Both the position numbers and the translations under genes were made by a program. Positions 27,227 through 36,311 of a stretch of 64,000 nt of DNA are shown piece after piece (within the stretch, counting starts at the first letter, position 1; every line of letters starts with the position of its first letter). Location of the stretch: contig JAZBPX010000064.1 in assembly GCA_036351775.1 (NCBI GenBank), positions 247,241 to 311,240 of the forward strand, written 5' to 3'. This DNA comes from Pacificimonas sp. GTDB lineage: Bacteria > Pseudomonadota > Alphaproteobacteria > Sphingomonadales > Sphingomonadaceae. Below the pieces are notes generated by a model, which ran no database searches, was not told the DNA's origin, and saw only the letters and a list, made by a program, of their open reading frames with translations.

Positions 27227-29485
27227 CTAATCGGCGACCGGGGGGCTGAGCGGTACGGCGATGGCTGCCGGATAGCCTGACGCCGCGACGCGCCGCCTGA
27301 GGGTCTCGGCGGCGGCCGCACCCTCGACGGGGCCTAGGCGGACGACCGAAAGGCCGTCGCGGACGACGAGCGCGCCGGGCGCGAGTGGTGCGAGTTCGGC
27401 CAGCACGTCGGCGGCTTCGGCGGGGTCGGCGTAGCCTGCGACGTCGACAGCGTAGTCCGCGGTGTCGGCGGGCAGCGCACTCGGCGGGACGGTGTCGAGA
27501 TAGGTCCTGAGGACGCGGTCGAGCGCAGGCTCGGCGTCCGGGTCCTGCGACAGCTGGGCGGCGCGCTGGTAATCGTAGCGCTGGGCCGCGATGGCCTGCG
27601 CGTCGGCACGGTTCGCAATGATGCGCGGGCGGATGAAGACCATCAGGTTGGTCTGCACCTGCTCGCGCGACCGGCTGGTGAACAGTTCGCCGAGGAGGGG
27701 GATGTCGCCGAGCAGCGGGATCTTCTCGATGGTGGCGCGCTCATTCTCGTCGAGGAGACCGCCGAGCGCGACGATATCGCCGTCATCGACCGTGATGGTG
27801 GTCTCGATCTCGCGCGTGTTGAGGACAAGGTCGGCGGACCCGCGCGCGACCGGCCCGGCGATCGAGGACACCTCCTGCTTCAGGAACAGCTTCACCGCGC
27901 CGCCCGCGTTGATCTGGGGCCGCACCTCAAGCTGGATGCCGACCTTCTGCCGCTCGACGGTGCGGAAGGCATTGTCGAAATCGGGGGACAGCGCCTCGCC
28001 GGTGGTGACGGGCACCTCCTGCCCGACGAGGTAGCGCGCCTCCTGGTTGTCCATGGTCATCAGCGACTGGACGCTGAGGACGTTGGAATTCGTGTCGGAC
28101 TTCACCGCGTTCAGGATCGCGCCGAAGATCGTGTCGCCCTCGACGCCGCCAACGCCGAACAGGCCGCCGGTCGCGCCGAGAAGCTGGGCCGCGGCGGCCT
28201 GCTGCAGCGTGTCGGCGAGGTTCGTGGTGCCGGTCTGCGAGATGACCTCGCCGTCGACGGTTATGGTCTGGTTCTCAAGCTGGGTCGCGCCGATCGCGCC
28301 GCCGATGGCGAGCGGGTTGAGGACCGAATTGGAATAGTTGGTGGACGCGAAGGGTACCGTACCGTCGAGGCCCGCGAGCAGGAACTCGACGCCGAGCGCG
28401 CGGGCGGCATTGTCCGAGACTTCGGCGACGATGGCCTCGACGAGGACCTGATCGCGCGGGACATCGAGCTGGCGGAGAACTTCGCCGAGCGTGCGCTGGA
28501 TGTCGGGCGGGGCGGAGATGATGATGGCGTTCGCGCCCTCATAGCGGGCGATGACGGCGCGGGCCGGTTCACCGCCCGCGGGCGTCACTACATTCGCAGC
28601 GCCTGCCGGTTCGCCATCATCCGCCTCGGCAACGACGGTGGCGACGCTGGTGGTCTGGCCGGCAATCTGCTGCAGGACCGGCAGCAGCAGCTCCGCATCG
28701 GCATGTTCGAGATAGTGGACGCGGACGTCGGCGCCGAGGGCGGCGCGGGTGTCGAGTTCGGCGACGAGGCTCGCAAGCTCCGCCACACGCGCCGGATCGC
28801 CGCGCAGGACAAGGGAGTTGGAGCTGTCGACGGGAACCGCGCTGACGTTGCTCTCCCCGCCCGCGCGCGCGATGTCCGCGAGTGCCGCCGCCATCTCCCG
28901 CGCGCCCGCATTGGTCAGCGGCACGAGGCGGAGCGTGCTGTTGTCGCGGTCGAGTTCGCCGATCACGCCGAGGATGCGGGCGAGGTTGTCCTGATAATCG
29001 GCGATCACGAGCGAATCGCCCGTGCCGCTGGCGGTGACCTGGCCCTCACCGCTGACGAGGGGCGCGACGGCCTCGAGCGCCTGGCTGGCGGTGATGCGGT
29101 CGAGCTGGATGACGCGGGTCACGAAGCGCCCGCCGCCGCCAAGCGCGGGCTGGCGCGCCGCCCCGGCCGCCTGCGCGATGCGAAGGCCGCCGCCGCTGAG
29201 CGGGATGGCGACGAGGCCGTTCGCGCGCAGGGTCTCTAGGAACACCTCGAAATATTCGGAGCGGCTAAGCGGCTGTTCGGTGATGACCGATACGGTGCCC
29301 TCAACGCCCGGATCGACGATGATGTTGCGGCCGGTCACGCGCGCCGCATCCTCGATGAAGGCGCGAATGTCGGCGTCGCGCAGGTTCAGATATTGCTGCG
29401 CCAGGCCCGGTGCCGAGAGGCCGACGAGCGCGAACGCGGACAAGAGGGCCATGCCGAGGCGGAGAGGGGCGCGGAACAGGGTCAT
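27227..29485 (-). CDS. gspD: type II secretion secretin D with SPOR-like C-terminal extension
   Basis: Signal peptide, N0-N3 domains (LRDADIRAFIEDAARVTGRNIIVDP) and secretin core (IPLLGDIPLLGELF). An additional ~75-aa C-terminal module is present. Confidence 0.93.
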   Translation of the reverse strand: MTLFRAPLRLGMALLSAFALVGLSAPGLAQQYLNLRDADIRAFIEDAARVTGRNIIVDPGVEGTVSVITEQPLSRSEYFEVFLETLRANGLVAIPLSGGGLRIAQAAGAARQPALGGGGRFVTRVIQLDRITASQALEAVAPLVSGEGQVTASGTGDSLVIADYQDNLARILGVIGELDRDNSTLRLVPLTNAGAREMAAALADIARAGGESNVSAVPVDSSNSLVLRGDPARVAELASLVAELDTRAALGADVRVHYLEHADAELLLPVLQQIAGQTTSVATVVAEADDGEPAGAANVVTPAGGEPARAVIARYEGANAIIISAPPDIQRTLGEVLRQLDVPRDQVLVEAIVAEVSDNAARALGVEFLLAGLDGTVPFASTNYSNSVLNPLAIGGAIGATQLENQTITVDGEVISQTGTTNLADTLQQAAAAQLLGATGGLFGVGGVEGDTIFGAILNAVKSDTNSNVLSVQSLMTMDNQEARYLVGQEVPVTTGEALSPDFDNAFRTVERQKVGIQLEVRPQINAGGAVKLFLKQEVSSIAGPVARGSADLVLNTREIETTITVDDGDIVALGGLLDENERATIEKIPLLGDIPLLGELFTSRSREQVQTNLMVFIRPRIIANRADAQAIAAQRYDYQRAAQLSQDPDAEPALDRVLRTYLDTVPPSALPADTADYAVDVAGYADPAEAADVLAELAPLAPGALVVRDGLSVVRLGPVEGAAAAETLRRRVAASGYPAAIAVPLSPPVAD

Positions 29486-29488
29486 GGC

Positions 29489-30280
29489 CTAGGGCACCCT
29501 TACGGTGAGGGGGACCTGCGTCCCGCGGCGCTCAAGCACCAGCGCCAGTGTGTCGCCGGAGCGGGCCGACGCGAACAGCCGCCGCGCCTCTGCCGGCGTC
29601 GAGACCGTCTGCCCGTTCAGGGAGATCAGCGCATCGCCCGCCTGCAGCCCGCTGCGCCGGAAGATATCGCCGCTGCCGCCCGGCTGCACGATCAGGCCGC
29701 CGCCCTCTCTCACGGACAGGGCAATCTCACGCTCCATCGCGGCGGCCTCATCCCTCTGCGGACCCGTGGAAGGTGAGGCCCCCGACGCGCCGCCGACACG
29801 GACCGCCGGTTCGCTTTCGTCGAGGTAAAGCGCCTCTTCCGCGCCGCCGCGCGCCAGGACGACATGATCGCGCTCGACGCGGAGGAGCGACAGGCCGCGC
29901 AGGATCTCGTCGCCGACGGCATAGCTACGCTGCGGCTGGTCCTCGCCGCCGATGATCGCGGAGCCGCGACCGGTTGCCCGGTCCTCCCGCACGCCGAACA
30001 GGCTGAGGTCGCTCGCCGATACGGCGAGCGCGCCGCCGTTCGACCGGAAACCGAACACGGCATCGAGGCCGGTGAACTGGGTTGCCTGCGCGCCGGGCAC
30101 GGTGACGTTCGCACGCCAGACGCCCAGCGGACCAATGGGCGCGAGCGCAGCCCAGAACAGAGCGGCGATCGCGGCGGCCAGAAGCGCCATCGCCGCCAGT
30201 TCGGCAGCGCTGTAGATGGCGCGCACGCCAAAGCGCCGCTCCGTCTGCCTACTCGCTGTCGTCATGGTCCCCGCCTGCAT
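29489..30280 (-). CDS. gspC: type II secretion protein C (TM + HR domain + PDZ)
   Basis: First gene of the operon, 3 nt upstream of gspD. It has an N-terminal TM, an HR-like LSLFGVREDR...YAVGDEI...LLRVERDHVVL segment, and a C-terminal PDZ-like GLQAGDALISLNGQTV. Confidence 0.8.
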   Translation of the reverse strand: MQAGTMTTASRQTERRFGVRAIYSAAELAAMALLAAAIAALFWAALAPIGPLGVWRANVTVPGAQATQFTGLDAVFGFRSNGGALAVSASDLSLFGVREDRATGRGSAIIGGEDQPQRSYAVGDEILRGLSLLRVERDHVVLARGGAEEALYLDESEPAVRVGGASGASPSTGPQRDEAAAMEREIALSVREGGGLIVQPGGSGDIFRRSGLQAGDALISLNGQTVSTPAEARRLFASARSGDTLALVLERRGTQVPLTVRVP

Positions 30281-30439
30281 GGAAGCCCCAATTCTCTAGG
30301 GTTGCATTATGACAAAGCTGCGACGGGCTAAACCCCTGTTCCCCCTAAGGGCGCGGCGGGCGGTGCCTCGGACGCCGAAGTCCTCCGCTTCGCCAAGCCC
30401 GTTTCCGGTAGCAGACCCGTGCGATATAGGACCGGCGCA

Positions 30440-31135
30440 ATGCCCTGCCCTGCCCGATCCATAACCCTGATGGCCCTTCTGCTGACCGCCTGCAGCGCGG
30501 AGCAGCCGTCGATAATGGCGGAAGGCAGGTCGGCAGACGAACGCGAGGCGGTTTCGGCCGGTTCCGCGGCGGTGCCGGTCGAGGGCGGGGGTGCGCCTGT
30601 CGCGGCAGCCCCCTTCCCCGCCGATATCCGTCTCGTCGGCCTGTCCGGCGGCGGCGCGGACGGCGGCGTTATCCTCGGCATGGGCGAAGAGCGCCAGCGT
30701 TACCTCGCCGTTGGACAGCGCCTGGATGCGGGCTGGGAGCTCTCCCGCATCGACGGCCGGACGGCGATCTTTACCGCGAGCGGTTCGGGCGCGGAGCAGC
30801 GCCTGGACCTGCCGGACAGGGGAACGCGCGAACCCGCAGCCCGGCAGGAATCCCCTTCCGGCTCTGACAGCGATCTGCGCGCCCGCCTGAGGCTTGAGAT
30901 GGAGCCCGCGACGGGCAGCGGCGGCGAGCGAGCACACCGTTTCGCCGGAGAGCCGCCCGCGGCCTTCGCGCGCGCGGGCGTCAAACGGGGCGATATCCTA
31001 ATCAGCTATGACGGCGAATCCTTCGACCGGGGCGAGGATATCGGCGACCTGCTCTTCATCCTGAACGAGCGCGGACGCGTACCCATCCGAATCGAACGCG
31101 ACGGACGCGCGCTGGACCTGACCGTTCGCAACTGA
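30440..31135 (+). CDS. GspC-like lipoprotein (HR-like + PDZ-like modules), divergent from gspC
   Basis: Lipobox LLLTAC. IRLVGLSGGG...RYLAVGQRLDAGWELSRIDGRTAIF parallels the GspC HR domain. C-terminal GVKRGDILISYDGESF...RIERDGRALDLTV is PDZ-like. GTG 30419 is an alternative start. Confidence 0.65.
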   Translation: MPCPARSITLMALLLTACSAEQPSIMAEGRSADEREAVSAGSAAVPVEGGGAPVAAAPFPADIRLVGLSGGGADGGVILGMGEERQRYLAVGQRLDAGWELSRIDGRTAIFTASGSGAEQRLDLPDRGTREPAARQESPSGSDSDLRARLRLEMEPATGSGGERAHRFAGEPPAAFARAGVKRGDILISYDGESFDRGEDIGDLLFILNERGRVPIRIERDGRALDLTVRN

Positions 31136-31349
31136 GCGGCTGGCCGAGCCTGTGGATAACCCGGCCGAATGTGTCGGTTCTGTTTCAGAATGGTTGCGGG
31201 TTGATGAAGATTTGCCCGTTTCGCGCCCGCCCCGCGATTCTGTCACAAAAGTCACATCCGGCCCACCTACCCGGCCCCGGCGTGGCGATGAGGGGCTGTC
31301 CCCTTGTCGGCCGCACGAGATTTTCCGTGATCCCGAAAAGGTGGCCTTC

Positions 31350-32903
31350 ATGTCTTACACCCGTTCACTCCTTCTTCTTGGTTCCGCTGTCGCGCTCGCC
31401 AGCTGCGGTGCCGATGACGTCGCGTCCCCCGGCGGCGGCGTAATCGTCGTCCCGGCCCCGACGCCGACGCCGACCCCCACACCGACCCCGACGCCGACGC
31501 CCACGCCGACCCCCACGCCCACCCCGACGGGCGGCGCTGCGGACAGCTGCCCGACCGGCACCATCGATACGGGTGAAATCCTCGATTACGGCACCGCGTC
31601 CGACACCGACGACGCCCGCGTCTGCCAGCTTTCCGGCACGCTGACCGACAATCTGCGCCTGCGCGCGGTTTCCGGTACCGTCTACTCACTGTCCGGCCGT
31701 GTGCAGATCGGCACCGACGCCGGTCCGACCGACAACCCGACGCCGGGTTCGCAGACGGCGGCCCTGACGATCGATCCGGGCGTCGTGCTGTTCGGCTCCT
31801 CGGGCGCTGACTTCCTGCTCGTTAATCGCGGCTCTCAGCTGTTCGTGAACGGCACCGCGGACCGCCCGGTCATCATGACCTCCCGCTCCAACATGGAGGG
31901 GAACACCACCGCCGATTCCATCGGTCAGTGGGGCGGCGTCGTGATCCTTGGCCGCGCGCCTTTCTCCGACTGCGGCGGTGCCGGCACCGTTGGCGGCAAC
32001 GAGAACTGCACCGGCGCCGTGGAAGGCACCTCCGGCGCGTTCTTTGGCGGCAACCTGCCGGGCGACAGCTCCGGCTCGATCCGCTACCTGCAGGTCCGCT
32101 ATCCGGGCTTCGAAGTCACCGAGGGCAACGAGCTGAACGGCATCACGATGGCAGGCGTCGGTTCAGGCACCACCTTCGAATATGTCCAGATCGCCAACTC
32201 CTCCGATGACGGCCTCGAGAATTTCGGCGGCACGTTCAACGCGAAGTACCTGGCGCTGACCGGCAATGACGATGACAGCTTCGACACCGACTCCGGTTAT
32301 CGCGGTTTCACGCAGTTCGTGGTCATCACCCAGCGCGATGCTGGCGGCGACCGTGCCTGGGAAGCGGACTCCGGCGGTGACGAGAACTTCCTGCCGCGGC
32401 AGTTCTCGCGCCTCGTCAACTTCACCGTGCAGGCGAATGACGGCAACGCCATCCTGCTGCGCGGCGGCGGCGACTACAGCCTGATCAACGGCGTGATCGT
32501 CGGCGACAGCTGCATCGACGTCGACGGCAACACCACGGTCCAGGCCGCGGACGATACGCTGCAGGAGGCCGGCCCGCCGACCTTCGCTTCGGTCGTCCTC
32601 GACTGCGCCGAGCCGTTCTCCGACGATGACGACGGCATCGACGAAAGCGCGCTGTTCCCGACGGACGGCAACAACGTCGTCGACTATGACAACACGCTGA
32701 CCGGCGACTTCGGCCTCGTGAACGGACCCAATGAAGATGCGGTCACGGCGTTCGACGTGACGACGCTCAGCGACTTCCTGACCAGCGTCGATTACATCGG
32801 TGCCGTCGAACAGGGCGCAACGCCTTGGTTCAATGGCTGGACCTGCGACATAGGCGGTGTCGGCTCGTGCGCCGCGCGCCCGCAGACGCAAGCCGACGAC
32901 TAA
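31350..32903 (+). CDS. lipoprotein with (Thr-Pro)12 linker and beta-helix-like body, partner of the downstream TonB-dependent receptor
   Basis: The internal ATG 31350 gives MSYTRSLLLLGSAVALASCG (lipobox). It is followed by the PT repeat and a Gly/Asp/Asn-rich repetitive body (GNELNGITMAGVGSGTTFEYVQIANSSDDGLENFGG). Confidence 0.7.
   Translation: MSYTRSLLLLGSAVALASCGADDVASPGGGVIVVPAPTPTPTPTPTPTPTPTPTPTPTPTGGAADSCPTGTIDTGEILDYGTASDTDDARVCQLSGTLTDNLRLRAVSGTVYSLSGRVQIGTDAGPTDNPTPGSQTAALTIDPGVVLFGSSGADFLLVNRGSQLFVNGTADRPVIMTSRSNMEGNTTADSIGQWGGVVILGRAPFSDCGGAGTVGGNENCTGAVEGTSGAFFGGNLPGDSSGSIRYLQVRYPGFEVTEGNELNGITMAGVGSGTTFEYVQIANSSDDGLENFGGTFNAKYLALTGNDDDSFDTDSGYRGFTQFVVITQRDAGGDRAWEADSGGDENFLPRQFSRLVNFTVQANDGNAILLRGGGDYSLINGVIVGDSCIDVDGNTTVQAADDTLQEAGPPTFASVVLDCAEPFSDDDDGIDESALFPTDGNNVVDYDNTLTGDFGLVNGPNEDAVTAFDVTTLSDFLTSVDYIGAVEQGATPWFNGWTCDIGGVGSCAARPQTQADD
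31458..31529 (+). repeat. imperfect hexanucleotide repeat (CCN-ACN)x12 encoding (Pro-Thr)12
   Basis: Read codon by codon: ccg acg ccg acg ccg acc ccc aca ... ccg acg. Variation is at synonymous third positions only. Confidence 0.95.
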
Positions 32904-32987
32904 GGCCGCTCGCGGTTTGATCAGGGCGGCGGTCTCCTCCGGGTGGCCGCCGCCCTTCTTTCTCTAGCTTCCTGGGAATTCCTAGCG

Positions 32988-35888
32988 ATGACCAAACGAC
33001 TTTCCGCTGCCAGCATCCTGATGCTGACGACAGCCCTTTCGGCGCCCGCCCTTCTCGGCTTCGCGGCCGAGGCGCAGACGCAGTCGACCACGACCGCGAC
33101 GCCCGCTCAGCCGAGCGATGAAAATCTCGAAACGACGATTGAGGATGTCGATACGGTAACGCCCGGTGCGGCGGACGAGGCCCCCGATGCCGCTGATGAT
33201 CTCGGCGAGCCGATCAGTCCGCCGGTCGAGGTGTCCGGACCGACAGGCGGCGGCGATGGCAGCGTCATCGTGATCCAGGGCCGCTTCATTCCGGAGCCGG
33301 TCCGCGCCTCCTCCGAGGTTCTGAACGTCCTTAGCGCCGAGGACATCGCGCGCACGGGCGAGGGCGACATCGCCTCCGCGCTGCAGCGCGTGACGGGCCT
33401 CAGCCTCGTTGGCGGCCGCTTCGTCTATGTGCGCGGCCTTGGTGAGCGCTACTCGCTCGCGCTCCTCAACGGGTCGCCGCTGCCGAGCCCGGAGCCGCTG
33501 CGCCGCGTCGTTCCGCTCGATATTTTTCCAACGAGCGTCATCGCCTCCTCGGTCGTGCAGAAGTCCTATTCCGTCGCCTATCCCGGTGAATTCGGCGGCG
33601 GCGTGATCAACCTGACGACGCCCTCCATCCCCGAAGAGACGTTCCTGACCGTCGGCGGTTCACTCGGCGGCAATTCGCAGACGACGTTCGAGACGGGCTA
33701 TACCTATTTCGGCTCCGACCTCGACTTCCTCGGCTTCGACGACGGGTCGCGCGACATTCCCGTGCCGCTGCAGAACGTCATCGACGGTGTCCTCAACCCC
33801 GAAACGACGGTCACGCCGGCGCAGCTGACATCCGCCACGCTGTCCCTGAACAATGCGTCCACCTCGCTGATCCAGCGCAACAACGACATTCCCATGAACG
33901 GCGCGCTCGACATCAGCTTCGGCACCGCCATCGACATCGGTTCGGACCGCCTCGGCATCATTGCCACGGCGGGCTGGGACAATAGCTGGGAAACGCGCGG
34001 CGGCACGGAGCAGTTCGTCACCGGCGTCAGCCAGGATGCCGACGGCAACCCGGCGCTGATCGCCCGCGACGGCGAGGATTTCCGCTTCCTGGAAACCAAC
34101 AACCGCATCGTCGTGAACGGCCTTCTCGGCCTCGCCTACGAGTTCGGCGAACACAACATCAAGTGGACGAACCTCTATATCCGCGACTCGCTGAAGGAGG
34201 CGCGGATCTCCGTCGGCACCGACGGCGTGCAGGTCGACCCGGACATCGTCGTGAACCGCTCGCAGCTGAACTGGTTCGAGCGCCAGCTGATCGACACGCA
34301 AGTCGTCGCCGAGTTCGAGTTTGACGAGTTCTCCTTCGACGTGCGCGGCACCTATGCGAACACGCAGCGCGAGGCGCCCTATGAGCGGTCCTTCACCTAT
34401 GCGTTCGACGACCGGATCACTGCCAATTTCGATCCGACCACCGTGCCGGAACTGGTCGCACAGGGCATTACCGAGCCGGTGGTCATCGACGGCGTGTTCG
34501 TCAACGACCTGACCTCTCCGGGTCAGGACGCCCGCCTCGCCTTCTCCGACCTGTCAGAGGATATCTATGCGGGCGCTACGGACGTGTCCTACATCCTGCC
34601 GACGGACCGAGAGATCATCCTGTCCGCCGGTGCCGCCTATACCGAGACTCAGCGCGAGTCGGAGCGCTTCGGCTTTCGCTATGTCCGCGGCGCGAATACG
34701 GAGCCGTTCCCGGACACGATCCGCCAGCTTCGTCCCGATTTCCTGCTGTCCGATTTCGTCGTGTCGACCTTCGGCGTGACGCTGCAGCCGACCTTCGCGG
34801 CGAGCCAGGAGGTTGTGCGTTACGAGGCGAGCCTCGAAACGGTCGGCGCCTACGCACAGGTCGAGGCCGAGGTCGCCGACTTCGTCCGCGCCACTGTCGG
34901 CGTCCGTTACGAGGACTCCACGCAGCAGGTCGACGCCTTCGACCTGAACGGCCTCTTGATTCAGACGTCCATCGAGGAGGATTACTTCCTCCCCGCCGGT
35001 ACGCTGACCTGGAACTTCGCCGATGACATGCAGCTGCGCTTCGCCGCGTCGAAGACCATCGCCCGCCCGCAGTTCCGCGAGCTGGCGCCGCAGCAGTTTC
35101 TCGACAACGAATCGAACCGCGTGTTCATCGGCAACCAGTTCCTGGAAGATTCCGAACTGCTGAACTTCGAGGGCCGCTATGAATGGTACCCGGCGCGCAA
35201 CGACCGCGTCAGCTTCGCGGCCTTCTACAAGGAAATCGACAACCCCATCGAGGCGGTCGCCACGGTTCAGGGCCAGACGTTCTTCACCACCTTCTCGAAT
35301 GCGCCGGAAGCAACGCTGTTCGGGATCGAGGCCGAGGTGCAGAAATATTTCCCGCTTTATGACTGGGGCTTCGAGGACGGCTTATTGTCCAGCCGTAACT
35401 TCGTTGTCGTGGCCAACTACACCTACACCGACTCAGAGGTGACTGTGGGTGCGGACGATCAGGTCATCTCCAACGAGACCGGCCAGCCCATCCCGGCCAC
35501 CACCTTCTTCATCGATGGTGAGCCGCTGGTGGGTCAGTCGGACCATCTGGCGAACCTGCAGATCGGCTTCGAGGACGAGGACACGCTGTCACAGCAGACG
35601 ATCCTCCTCAGCTACGCCTCCGAGCGCGTGACTAGCCGCTTCACCGGCGGCCTGCCGGGCGGCGAGCGGGTCGCCATCCCGTTCGTGGAAGATCCCGGCA
35701 TCGACCTCGATATCGTCATCCGCCAGGGCCTTGAACTCGGCGGCGTGAACTTCGAGGCGAAGCTCGAGGCGCGGAACCTGCTTGGTGAAGATTATGAGGA
35801 GTTCCAGGAGCTCGGTGACAGCCGAATCGACCGGAACGTCTTCGAGCGCGGCCAGAGCTACTCCTTCGGTCTCGCCGTTACCTTCTAA
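32988..35888 (+). CDS. TonB-dependent outer-membrane receptor
   Basis: Signal peptide MTKRLSAASILMLTTALSAPALLGFAAEAQ, plug motifs (LSAEDIARTGEGDIASALQRVTGLSL, VYVRGLGERYS) and a terminal aromatic (...GLAVTF). Confidence 0.93.
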   Translation: MTKRLSAASILMLTTALSAPALLGFAAEAQTQSTTTATPAQPSDENLETTIEDVDTVTPGAADEAPDAADDLGEPISPPVEVSGPTGGGDGSVIVIQGRFIPEPVRASSEVLNVLSAEDIARTGEGDIASALQRVTGLSLVGGRFVYVRGLGERYSLALLNGSPLPSPEPLRRVVPLDIFPTSVIASSVVQKSYSVAYPGEFGGGVINLTTPSIPEETFLTVGGSLGGNSQTTFETGYTYFGSDLDFLGFDDGSRDIPVPLQNVIDGVLNPETTVTPAQLTSATLSLNNASTSLIQRNNDIPMNGALDISFGTAIDIGSDRLGIIATAGWDNSWETRGGTEQFVTGVSQDADGNPALIARDGEDFRFLETNNRIVVNGLLGLAYEFGEHNIKWTNLYIRDSLKEARISVGTDGVQVDPDIVVNRSQLNWFERQLIDTQVVAEFEFDEFSFDVRGTYANTQREAPYERSFTYAFDDRITANFDPTTVPELVAQGITEPVVIDGVFVNDLTSPGQDARLAFSDLSEDIYAGATDVSYILPTDREIILSAGAAYTETQRESERFGFRYVRGANTEPFPDTIRQLRPDFLLSDFVVSTFGVTLQPTFAASQEVVRYEASLETVGAYAQVEAEVADFVRATVGVRYEDSTQQVDAFDLNGLLIQTSIEEDYFLPAGTLTWNFADDMQLRFAASKTIARPQFRELAPQQFLDNESNRVFIGNQFLEDSELLNFEGRYEWYPARNDRVSFAAFYKEIDNPIEAVATVQGQTFFTTFSNAPEATLFGIEAEVQKYFPLYDWGFEDGLLSSRNFVVVANYTYTDSEVTVGADDQVISNETGQPIPATTFFIDGEPLVGQSDHLANLQIGFEDEDTLSQQTILLSYASERVTSRFTGGLPGGERVAIPFVEDPGIDLDIVIRQGLELGGVNFEAKLEARNLLGEDYEEFQELGDSRIDRNVFERGQSYSFGLAVTF

Positions 35889-35911
35889 GGACGCCGATCC
35901 TCAAAGGATTT

Positions 35912-35953
35912 GGGGGGGCTGGTACCGGACGGTATCGGCCCCCTTTTCGTTTC
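35912..35953 (+). terminator. rho-independent terminator candidate
   Basis: GGGGGC-TGG-TACCG-GA-CGGTA-TCG-GCCCCC hairpin followed by TTTTCGTTTC, 24 nt after the receptor stop codon. Confidence 0.7.
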
Positions 35954-35982
35954 AAAGTCCTGCTAGACGCCGCGCCCGCCCT

Positions 35983-36186
35983 TCACGCCGCGCAGGTGAT
36001 GCAGCGGGTGGCGGCGGGGTCGAAGCGCAGGCGCTTTTCGGCAATGTCCTCGCCGCAGCTCGAGCAGGTGCCGAACTCGTCCGGATCGGTTTCCAGCCGG
36101 GCAAGGGCCGCCTCCACGCGGCGCAGTTCCACGTCACGCCGCCGCGCCTCGGCCTGACTCATCGCCTGCTGCTGCATTGCATCCAT
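35983..36186 (-). CDS. DksA/TraR-family C4 zinc-finger protein
   Basis: 67 aa with CSSCGEDI...(17 aa)...CITC and an N-terminal coiled segment. Confidence 0.8.
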   Translation of the reverse strand: MDAMQQQAMSQAEARRRDVELRRVEAALARLETDPDEFGTCSSCGEDIAEKRLRFDPAATRCITCAA

Positions 36187-36311
36187 GCGCGACAGGCGGC
36201 CGACCGACTGCTGGTCGAGCGTTACGGGTTTTCGCCCCTCCGCGCTTATGCGGCCAAGGTCGTGCAGTTAGTCGCGTTTCGCCTCAAGCAGCGTGCGCCA
36301 GCCCGCGGGCG

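Noticed and set aside
25406-27280. 624-aa plus-strand ORF across gspE/gspF
   Set aside because: It is antisense to two strongly conserved T2SS genes. The composition is Arg/Ala/Gly-rich and low complexity, and no start context is apparent.
30296-30937. 213-aa minus-strand ORF opposite the GspC-like lipoprotein gene
   Set aside because: It is Arg/Ala/Gly-rich and antisense to an ORF with a lipobox and PDZ-like pattern. It is a shadow ORF.
31355-31564. 69-aa minus-strand ORF encoding (Val-Gly)n
   Set aside because: It is simply the reverse complement of the (Pro-Thr)12 repeat inside the lipoprotein gene.
31136-32987. Possible riboswitch (for example cobalamin) or Fur box upstream of the lipoprotein/TonB-receptor pair
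   Set aside because: I could not find B12-box, THI-box or other conserved aptamer cores, or a convincing palindromic operator, in 31136-31349 or 32904-32987.
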